Below, one piece after another: positions 53,401 to 64,000 of a stretch of 64,000 nucleotides of DNA. The notes beneath the pieces were generated by a model. It worked only from the letters and a program-made list of their open reading frames with translations, searched no databases and was not told the origin of the DNA. The DNA is from Marsupella aquatica. Taxonomy: Eukaryota; Plantae; Marchantiophyta. The first letter of the stretch is position 1; every line of letters starts with the position of its first letter. The stretch is from contig OZ316896.1 in the NCBI GenBank assembly GCA_973895155.1, forward strand, positions 16,595,752-16,659,751. The letters run 5' to 3'. The position numbers and the translations under genes were made by a program.

Positions 53401-53662
53401 GAGAGCGATAACGTTGTACACTCAGAGTTCTTTCGACCGAAATGTTTAGAATTTTTCTCCTGCATGATGATGATGGTGGCATGGGAGTGCTCCGTGTATT
53501 TGGAGTCGGATCTTTCAGGTACAGGCAACAACGGGTATTCGGTCGTCAAGACGGATTACCTCTTTGAACCCACATTCCACTCAATCTGCTGAGTCAGTCT
53601 CGGCTGTCATCGCGGAGAAAACATTCGTCAATTGTTCGTCCTAGAGTACAGGAAACACGAAC

Positions 53663-54822
53663 ATGTCGATCCTCGAGTCTCACAATGTCCGCGTTATTGG
53701 ATATGGAGAGCAGATAGTAGTCATGGGACATGGCTTTGGGACTGATCAATCGGTATGGAAGCATATCACACCGTATTTGGTAGACGACTTCCGGATCGTC
53801 CTCTACGATCTGATGGGGAGTGGCACAACTAAACCGGAGGCGTTCAACTTCTCCCGCTACTCCACTTTACATGGCTATGCCGATGATCTACTAGCCCTTC
53901 TTGAGGAGCTCGAGATCGTATCCTGCATCTACATCGGCCATTCAGTATCGGGCATGGTGGCCTGTCTTGCTTCGCTGGAGAGACCGGACGTCTTCTCCAA
54001 GCTTATTCTGCTGTCCGCCTCTCCTCGGTACACACTGGATTGCCTGTATCAATTTCTCGCATATACCTCTTCTTCAAAACCTAGCGAAGCTCAAGAATAG
54101 CTAAATAATGTCAAGGTAGCGTTGGTCGCTCGTGCTAATATATGTTTGGTTGTGTAAAGTATCGTTCTTGCTCTCGAAAGCTATGTAGGCCAAGTCCATC
54201 CATCTGTCTGTTGGAACAGTGTTGGAGAGGTATTTGATTTTGATTCAAACAAATAAATGGTGCGCACAATCGGTAAAGTTGTAAGATACGTAGGTTTAAA
54301 TTAATGGAAAAGTATCGTAAGCCTTGATTCCTGCTCAGACCACATGTCCAATCTAAAGTCGGTGCTGTTGCCCGCAGCTATCTAAACGACTCTGATTATT
54401 TTGGCGGATTTGAGCAAGAGGACCTCAACCAGCTGTTCGAGGCGATGCAATCCAACTTCAAAGCATGGGTGACAGGATTTGCGCCGCTGGCAGTGGGAGC
54501 GGACCTCGACTCTCCATCGGTCCAAGAATTCGCGCGAACTCTCTTCCACGCTCGACCTGACATCGCTCTCAGTGTTGTGAGGGCCATTTTCCAGAGCGAT
54601 TGCCGAGCGATTCTACCGCGAGTCATGGTTCCGTGTCACATCATTCAGAGCCAAAAGGACCTTGCCGTGCCCGTTGTGGTGGCACACTACCTCGCCCGTT
54701 CCCTGGGTGGAGAGACCTGTGTCGAAATCTTGCCGGTCGAGGGCCATTTACCTCAGCTCAGTGCCCCGGAGATCGTGATTCCATGCTTCAGGCGTCATCT
54801 CTTCCATTCGCACAAGGCCTGA
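53663..54822 (+). CDS. KAI2: KARRIKIN INSENSITIVE 2 (KAI2/D14-like) alpha/beta-hydrolase; exons 53663-54027 and 54378-54822
   Basis: [18 protein letters not shown] (Ser), KDLAVP (Asp), EGHLPQLS (His); single intron at the conserved SPR|YLND position. Confidence 0.95.
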
Positions 54823-55610
54823 AGTGGATCGACGTAAACTCACTGCAAGTCGGAGCATAATTGATCAAATCCAGCTCAAACGGACTGACCACTCGTCACC
54901 TCAGACGATCTTTCTGGCGGCGACATTCCGAATCAGAATATGAAAGCCCCGGTGATGTGATTCGCAATGTGACCGCCACAAAGAGGGGCAAGCACGCGAG
55001 GGTTTCCATTTTTGCCGCTGTTTCAGACATGCACGTCCCGGCATCGCATGGAGCTCAACGAAAGCGAAGGGGCACGGCGCAACTTACAACTACTGTACGT
55101 GTCGGAAGAGCTAATTCGGAAGCCGAACACAATAATATTGTGCTGGGTTTTGCGACACTTTGAGGACATTTTATACGATCACGTAGGTCAGTAAATCCGC
55201 GCCGACTGAGCTGCAGATCCACGGTGAGTCCAATTGACATAGTATCGGTGAACAGACAGTCGATGAATTACGTGCTGACCAAACTGTGCACATGGATTTG
55301 GGAGTAGTGTAGCTTAGTTGTATATATAGCATGCTCATCAGGGAACATTTTTCAATTTTTGCTGGCTTTGTAGTAATGTGGTGGTGAAGCTTAGGACTGT
55401 CCTGTATGTGCCAGTCTTAAGAAATGCTGCCCTTATGACTCCTGAATTTGTAGAAAAAGTGGTCATCTCAAATCCAAACAGAACTTGCTATGCCAAGACT
55501 TGTGCCCTGCACACTCACCCGCATGTCCTTCTTAGTTTGTCATTTCCTTTCCTTCATTCTAAAAGGCAATATGCTGTCTTATTCATATATCAAAGGTCGG
55601 GACGGTGAAG

Positions 55611-55686
55611 GCCCTTCAAACTCCTCATATTCTGCCTTGAGGTTTCTGGCCCTTGCCCTTCAAACTCCTCATATTCTGCCTTGAGG
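55611..55686. repeat. About 32-bp direct duplication
   Basis: gcccttcaaactcctcatattctgccttgagg x2. Confidence 0.85.
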
Positions 55687-57474
55687 ACTACCTTGTGAGG
55701 AGGAAAGCTTGGCTCATTCATATCCCAACAGATGTTATGTAAAGGGCCACTTTTTGGAGGATAGTCTACATGCAAGATGGCCCTTAGAGTACACTTGCAT
55801 GTGGGTGGTCCTGAAAAACACAGCCCTTAGCAAGAACTCCACAATAGGCAAAAAGGAAATCTTGATCACAACAGCATCTGATCAGGTGCAATGTCTGGGT
55901 CCCTTTGCAGTCCCTGACTCCTCTCCATGTACTTGTGCTTCTTGGCCCCCTTTTGTTTTGTTCCCAAGGTTTAGGCTAGGACCTCAAAGGGCCAGAAAAA
56001 TTTCCCGCACTTGCCCTTGGGTTCCCCAGTAGATCTGTAAGGCCTGCCATGACCATGAGAGGCATACATCATGGAAATCTCACTAAATGGTATAATGACA
56101 TTATTCAGTTTGAGGGCAGCCAAAAAAATGCAAGCTGGGCCTTTGCTGTCTTGCATGGTCATCCAGGAACAATTTTCTTTTTTGTCTTAGTTGTACTGGT
56201 GTGTAGGTGATTGAATCACTTTCTGGCTATTTGCATAGTATCTGGTAAGATTAGGTAGGATAGAATACAAGAGTAGAAGTATAGCATATGCAACGAAAAT
56301 ATATCTCACATAAGTTGCGCACATAAAGCACAGATCCCTTACATAATGAAACTTCAAACCATAAACCTAGAAAACAAAATTATGGCAAGAACTGTTGACA
56401 TGAGGTGTCCATGTTAATAAGAACATTTTTTCTCACTCGTGACAAGAGATAGAAGCTTGTTCAAGTAGTAAAATTTCATTTTCCTAAAAGGACTGGATGG
56501 ATAGTATTGACATCTAAAATTAGTGGGAAGGGTTTGACAAATAAGATTATAAACATTGAGAGTGCAAATATTAAATGCAAAATCTAAATAATTCAAATGA
56601 TGGACCTTGTTAAGACATGAAGGCACAACAGAAAATTCAAGTAAGAAAAAATTCAAAATTTTCATTCATCATATGGCAGCATCAATACTAGCGTCATTAT
56701 CCATATTTCTGAACAGAAGAGAACAAAAGAGTATTGCCTTTACTTTTTCCACAGATCATTGCAAAACCGTCACCCAACCAAATGGCAAGGGAAAAGAAAG
56801 ATAGGAACCCCTTGCAGATCAGGCCCACTCCAAAAAACCCACCAAAAAAAGGAGAAACAGGGGACGACAAAAAGAAGGCTCCAAACATGGACCCATAGCA
56901 TGAGTGAGCGAAGGAGAGGAGAACAAATCGAGAGGTGACACTCCTGCACCATCACAACAAGGAGATGGTACTCCACTTCCTAGAACAACACTTTATAGGA
57001 CAAACTTACCTGAAGGATGAACAAAGCCAGTGTATTCAGTCCAAGCATATGACTATCACATATCGTCTTAGAACCTCCTTTATCTAGTCAAAACGAATAC
57101 TCCATGTACTTAATGAAATGTTATAATACAAGGTTGTGGCAAAAACAGTGGTTGTCATTCAAATGTGATGCATTGTTTTGACTGAAAACCTGAAAAAGTG
57201 GAAAGAGTAAGTCAAAAGTGTATTACTTTTGGTGTGGAGGGATTACCTAGCAAAACAAAAATGTGGAAACCCTTCGTCGAAATAGTTGTTTTCTTATACT
57301 ATCAGATGTGTTTAGACATTATGATGCGGGGTGGCTGCTATCTTGCGTCTCCAATTTCTATGTGCAACTCATGGGTTATTGAACACAACCACAACAGCTA
57401 TATGGTCAAGATCACACATAACATGCCTCAACAACTATATTACAAAGTTTATATGTTTTTGCCCTCGCCTTGAC

Positions 57475-57930
57475 AACTTTTTTCAGCTTGACATCATTTT
57501 CTAATCTTTACATATTTATATTTCTTTAACATCTTTATTTTGCCTTGATGTCCTTTTCTCACATTGACATCTTTTTTACACCGTGACATATTTTATCACC
57601 CTCGACATATTTTGTCATCGAGATCTTTTTTCACCTGGATTGATATTTCTTCCTCACCTTAACATTTTTTTCACCTTGATATCTTATCTTTCCTCATCTT
57701 GTCATCTTTTTCTCATCTTGTCATCTTTTTCTCATCTTGCCATCTTTCTCTCACCTTCTACATCTTTTTCTCATGTTTATTTATTTTTCTCATATTTTTT
57801 CTCATCTGTATCTTTTTCTTTCATGGACATCTTTTTTCATCTCAACATATTTTCTTGACTTTTTTTCCTCACCTTAACATGTTTTTCTCTTATCAACACT
57901 TTTTTTCATCTTTTTTCACATAAACATTTT
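57475..57930. repeat. Pyrimidine-rich degenerate tandem repeat of about 20 bp
   Basis: catcttttt(t)ctcatcttg-like units. Confidence 0.75.
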
Positions 57931-60649
57931 TTGTGCAACACACATAGATTGGGCTATTCTACCATAATGTCCTAGAAAACTTTTTTTCATCTTAATATTA
58001 AAGCGGATGTTGACACCTCAAATGAAATTAAATTGTCAATGCTTGCCAGGCTCCTGTGCGAGTACTTTGGCTGTGCTTCTTAAGTTGATTCATTGAATTC
58101 CAGCTCCCGTTTGGCTTAAGACCCATCAACCAAAGTTAGGCAAAGCTTTTGTCACTAGAATCACAGATTATAGTGAAAGTAGATTACAAGTGCGTACATA
58201 TATGAATGCTTTTCCCAAATCACCAGTACCTTAATCCAGTCTTTATTGGTTCCTGTGATAGGTATTTGAAATTTCCAGTGATGAGAAATGACCCTAGAAA
58301 GGACAGATCATGAAGACCCTCTAGACACTCGTAATGTGTCTTAAGCATGTTTTGATTGAACTCTACTCCAAAATGCGTACTCCTCACACCACACCACATT
58401 ACTACCCATCTAATCAAATTGTGGAAGATTCCTGCCTTACCCATCAAACAACCAGGAATCTGGCATTGGCCTCACAACTTACAGCGCGTGAGGATTGATA
58501 AATCTTTCTTCATTGACTGGAAGTCACAGACCAAGGCACATGCATTCTCCTCCTAGATCCCGCCAACATATCACGAGATGTATGATTGATCAAACGTTGC
58601 CGCCGACCAAGGCAGATGGATCATGCACCTAGATCCCACAAACTTCTCAAGGCGATATAAGCCGAAGTGCAAATTTGACCAGGAAGACAGCTGGTGAAGA
58701 CCCCCTGGTGAAGACCCAGGCACGTTTCCAGAGAAATTGGAAAGCTTGACATACTGGACAGAAAGAAGCTATCCTCAACTTAACTATTTCTGCCACAATC
58801 TCTCGAAGGGGCACTACAAGATTACAAGAAGGTGGTGGGGTGCTGAAGATAGGCGGATAGGTGGGAGAAGCTCGTTCACCTAGCTGGCAGTAAATTCGAA
58901 TTTGACACAGAATTGTTTCACAACCTTACACCTGTCAAACTGTGTAGAATTTTGAACTCCAAAACAATAAGCAAATTAAGTCAAAACATCCAGTTGGAAC
59001 ATAATTAACTTTTCCTAACTACAGTTGGAGAATCACTGATAGTTGAACCTTCAGGTTACACTAATTACACCTAAATTTGGGTGGTAGTACACCCTTAGGT
59101 TGATATAGGGTGCGAGGAATTGGTAAGAAACTGACTGGGACTCGAGTTTTAATATGCATCTTTACCACGAACGAACCACAGCCCTGATGGTCTGCAAGGT
59201 TGTCTCTGGCTTCATAGTGATCGTCCTTTTTTGCTTGTAGTATTTGCATTACCGACTCCGAAGTTAGAAAGACTCGTCATAATATATACATTTGGCACGA
59301 TCTCAAAGGAAAGATCTGCACTTAACCTCACGTACTCTCACAGTGCATATAGTTTCTAGCTTGCTGACATTGCCTACCTAACCGTTTGAACCACAAAGCT
59401 TTCGAATTTATACATGAGTCCACTAACAATTAGGTGTTGGCAACTAATCCCTTCCCATCGGCACCCCAAGGGGAGTCCTACATCCAACACTCAAAAGACC
59501 AAACCCGGAATGACAGGAATGTACGATAAAAGGACCCTTCAATTCTGACGAAATACCTCCATATATCCTCGGAAAGACACCTGCCTAGAAAACGCGAATA
59601 CAGACCTTCCAATAAGACGCATCAAATAAGAATACAGGAGTGCCTGTGCGAGAACTCACCAACACGATCCCCAAACAACCAAACGACAGGCAATGCCAAG
59701 CAACTCACAAACAAAAAACAGAACTTCGTGATTGGCAATTGTCATAACTGAGATTGTGCCACCAAACTAGCGAATAACGAGCCGGATCATATCCAGAGGC
59801 TTCAGGCTGAAGAATACAGGAGAATCATTTACAGTAGATCAAATACAACAATTTACAGAACCCTTTTGCCCAATTGGACTTGCGCTGTCTACCTCCTGTA
59901 CTTGAAACACTCGAGGATATCCAGTAATTTAAGAAAATTTCCCAGAACCAATAAATAAATCTAGACAACTGGCCTCCCTCAAATTCAGAAGGAAAAACAG
60001 TCATTATCATCAACAGCCTGCAAAACAAGCACCTGCTCCAATGGAGCCCTTCAAGAATATGACGATGCCAAATCACCGATGAGGGTAATGTACCGGCAAA
60101 ATCTAATTACACACTTCACTCTTCAATGCCCAACTCACATCATCTGTACACTTAGTGGCGCGTCTCAGGCTCAAGTCAGCAAACCAGATAGCCTTAGGCC
60201 AACTTTTCAAACTGCCAACCAGCTTGGAGCCTGAAAATCTAGAGCCTTCAATCAAACACATGCCGATACATTCGTAAGCACCCTTTGTTTTAAACACCTA
60301 CACCCGCTTTCTGCCGGCCCTGAATGATGCACTCTTGCTTAGAGTTTATCCAACCTATAGTAAGAAAAATGAACAAGGTTGCAAAAGATAGTTGAGCTCC
60401 TGCAAAAACAGCTGCCAAGCAGCTATTCAAAATGTACAGGAGTGATCCTGTGTCTCCTGCCAGCTTTTCAACTTACAGCAAAATCTTTTCGTAGGTCTCA
60501 TCCTTCCTCCCACCGTGTAACTGGATTTTCATCAATCCAATCTCAAAACCGTCCTCATGTATTCGCATAAGATGTTAATGAACATCCGCACAAACTAAAT
60601 GCTCTGACATTTACACTCAATTACAGCAGGTGTGTCGCAATGCTCGATG

Positions 60650-63600
60650 TCACTCCCTTTCTCTCTCAGGAGAAGAATTGCGTGCGATTGCACTAGAAAG
60701 GGATCCCACGCCTCCATGAACAGACTCATCCCTGCTGCTGGTACTCGTGGAAGGGCTTCCCTGGTGACTTCCTCCATTGCTACCACGATCTCTACTAGTT
60801 CGAGTTCGCACATTTACTCCCACTGGGAATGGCTCCTAACACAGAGCAGAACAGTCGATGGCAGGATCAGACTAAGATCTAGTGTAAACGAAGAACCAGC
60901 ACAACAACCAAACAAAACAAAACAAAACAAAACAAAACAAATCAAATTAGAAGAAATGCTATAAATAGAGCACCAGAACAGAACTCGACAAGTACTTTAA
61001 AAGAAATAGCAGAAATGAAAAGTTTGAGACAACGCATATAGATGAAAACAGTAACCTTTTACCTCTCCAATGAGGGTAAATACCTGGTCCCCCACATGAG
61101 GCCCTTCTGAGTGAAAAAGAATGGGACGGCATCGCTTATCCTCATTCATCAGAGATGAGTTTTGAAAGTGGGCAACCAGAGCTGCTTTTCCCTGGATCCG
61201 GGCATAAGCCAAAGATGCTACTTTTTCGCTATTAAACTTTTCCCATTTCTTTCCATTGAAAGCCTGTAGGATACAGTTGCACCACATAGTTTGTCTTATC
61301 AACCAGCTAATAATCGATTTTGGAAGCAAGGTCCTTACTGAATGCATGATTTGAAAAGACAGCCCATTCACTGTCAGCACTCTTTCTCAACGTAATTGAC
61401 AATCAAAGAATAACCTAGGCTCTTCACTTGGTGACATCACTAAGGATGCTCATAGAAACAAGATGTATCCATTTTGAACAGCATAAAGTTGGACTCTATA
61501 AAGAACTTCCAAAACGACCCCTACCAATATGGCATTATGGGCAAACTACATGTAAATCATCACTTGATTGGAATCTAAGGCCCAGATAGGAAGTCTACCT
61601 GATAAAATGGCACAATACGTGAAGGGGCGGTCATATTAATGAAGGCATAGCCAACATTGCACTTGTTCTGCAGAATAAACACGACAATTCTTCTTGCAGT
61701 AAGTACCGAACTCCAAGATCACAAATATCACTCTCAATCAATCTACTGTGTAAGGGCCTGACAGCAAGGAATTCGACCACTGAACACATGAGCACAAGAG
61801 TAAGCACCTTAAAATCAATTGGGAGGTATATGAAGTCATAAGTCCCACGGTGATTCTCATCAATGGCTGCAAGAAGCATCTTTGAAGTGTACCTGTGAGT
61901 AAGATACGTTAAAAAGTTGTAGATAAATGCACCTAATGAAGTTAACTAAGGGAGGCACAAAACCAAAAAACATTACAACTCTTCGCCGTAGTTGGCTGTA
62001 AGAGATTAAAACGGTGATCACAAGCTCGTAACTCAGCTCTGTGACCACAGCAACCTTAATTAATGTAAACCTTTCCTTGCAAGAGTAAAGAACAGAAAGA
62101 AATTTCACATCTCGAAACAGACAAATTTTAATCCTTACTTGTTCGGGATGTTCTTAATCATTAAAGTCGTTCGAGAATCCTCCCCGCGCATAATTCTGTC
62201 CAAGTCAAGCTGGTATTGCTTCTTGTTATCAGCCCGTGCAACACTACTCTCACCCCTGCGACTCCTTCCTCGTTCACTCAAGCCGTCCATAGGGGCAGAC
62301 ATCGACCCTGGCAAGCTACCGTTGGGAAACATGCGAGGCCGGTGCTGTGGAGACATAACTCCTAGACTCGGAGATGCAGTCCCATGCTCAAGCCCACCGC
62401 TACTCCCCATCCCGGACGCCAGATTCATGAGGCCATGTCCACCAGCAATATTGATTGCATGCGTTCCAGTTGAGCCACCAATACTCAAACCTCCCATATT
62501 CATTGATCCAGGCCGGAGAAGAGAAGACGAATCTGGTGATTCTCCTAGATAGCCATGTCGTCTATCTAACACTGACGTCTCTCCAGGCGGAGCAGAGCCC
62601 ACGTGATGTCCCCGATGTTGTGCAGGAATCATACTATTAACAAGATGGCCATGGGTCCCCGAGAAAGGATGAGACTGGGATTGAGATTGGCCACCGTGGT
62701 TGAATGAGAGTCCAACTGATGAAGCAGACCAGATCAGAGGAGGCGAGCTCTGAGAATGGTGATGGTAAGGTGCTGGATTGCCCCAGAGAAACTGATGCCC
62801 TGATAAAATCCACTCCCATTTAAGGTTCAGGTTAGGATTCACAAAATATCCGATGTTAGACACCTCATTCATTCTCACGACAGCGCCAAAAGCACTGCAT
62901 GACCCTTCCCAAGAAGGTACTTCATATCGTGAAAAGAGCTGTAGATACAAGTCCGGTAAGATGAGATCAGTTATTAACCAATAACAAGAAGGGCAACAAT
63001 CATACCTCCATTGGCATGATCATAAGTCGGATCAGTCAAAGTCCCACTACTCGATCGCTGGAGTCGACTTCCTTCCACTTCACGAGACCTCAAAGTTGTT
63101 CCACTACTGGCAACTGATCCAGAGCCAGGAGCAGGGCTGTAATTCACCGAGCTCATTACACCGTTGCTGTATTCTGGAAGAGAATGGGGATGTTGTGGGG
63201 GTAGACGATGCACTCCCAGACCCATGTGTCCTAGGGAATGGCCCGCTTCTATCTGATTCGTTCCCACGTGGCTACCAATGGTTCCAACTCTCACTGGAGC
63301 TGACAAATGGGATGAGGATAAATGAGGTGGTAAACTGGCAGCCACTCCACTGAGAGGCTTGCTGACAATTTGGGAAAAGTTCCCGTGGATCGGATGTGAA
63401 CCACGGAGTGAGTTGCCATCAACAGAGCTACCCAAAGAACCCCATTGAGAAGGATGCCCTGAAATTCCAACAGAGTCTAACATTAAAGGAAAAATCCATA
63501 ATCCGAAACCCACTTGAGTAGAAGTTCTCTGGAAATTAGACTGTCCAAGTAGTATCATCCAGCACTAACTCACGACTGACTTCTGAATTTGTGGGACTTA

Positions 63601-63840
63601 ATGCAAATCAAGTAAATATGATCTTCTCCACCATCAGCCATAGTCGAGAAAGGCGAAGCATAAGAGCACCTATGCGGCCAGCTATATGGAACTCAGAGAT
63701 GCAGACTTTAGCTGCCCATCTGATGAGCCAATTCCTTTGACAACAAACCTGGAGGAGAGTTCGTAAGTGGTGAAAGCGCTTGCTGCCTGTGTGGACGATT
63801 CTCCTCTTGCTCCAGTTCTTGACTCAGCTGCTGCATCAGA
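60650..63840 (-). CDS. MEI2-like: MEI2-like (AML clade) RRM protein, 3' portion; 5' exons lie beyond the window
   Basis: LMQQLSQELEQEE (63840-63750); HHVGSAP; RRM3 [95 protein letters not shown]; last coding exon 60835-60650 (EPFPVG...ERE*). Confidence 0.93.
60910..60941. repeat. (AAAAC)n microsatellite in a MEI2-like intron
   Basis: About 6 pentamer units. Confidence 0.9.
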
Positions 63841-64000
63841 CTGTTTATAATCCCACTGCATTTTCAGGATCCACATGATAGCATGAAATGAAGCAAGAGC
63901 AAATGCTTCTCTAAACGTATATATTGTAGCTCACGAGTACACACCAGAGAAAGGAGGACCGCAAAAGAAATGACACCAGTAGTCATAAAGGAGAATTTCT

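Noticed and set aside
51800-53600. miRNA precursor upstream of KAI2
   Set aside because: No conserved plant miRNA sequence or long hairpin was seen by eye.
57583-57923. Phe/Ser-rich ORFs
   Set aside because: Translation of a pyrimidine-rich tandem repeat.

Overview
Intron-rich eukaryotic genomic DNA from a land plant, probably a non-seed plant such as a bryophyte (inferred from the KAI2 and proto-legumin sequences and TTTAGGG repeats). Genes I could splice by eye: the 3' end of a BolA2-type gene (+), a 12-exon full-size ABCB/P-glycoprotein with non-canonical ATPase motifs (-), a signal-peptide 11S/legumin-like bicupin (-) with a decayed convergent paralog (+), an Elongin C-like + Elongin A-like + LRR fusion gene (-), a divergently transcribed ubiquitin-like + LRR gene (+), a KAI2 alpha/beta-hydrolase (+), and the 3' part of a MEI2-like RRM gene (-). 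Intergenic DNA holds an intronless, frameshifted PIG-G/GPI7 fragment, a small orphan membrane ORF with a duplicated leader, a LINE zf-RVT remnant, a dispersed repeat pair, a tRNA-Gly-derived element inside an inverted repeat, and several minisatellites. The strongest novelty candidate is the apparent single-chain Elongin C / BC-box / Elongin A-domain / LRR E3-ligase module. All exon boundaries and domain calls are manual; no database searches were run.
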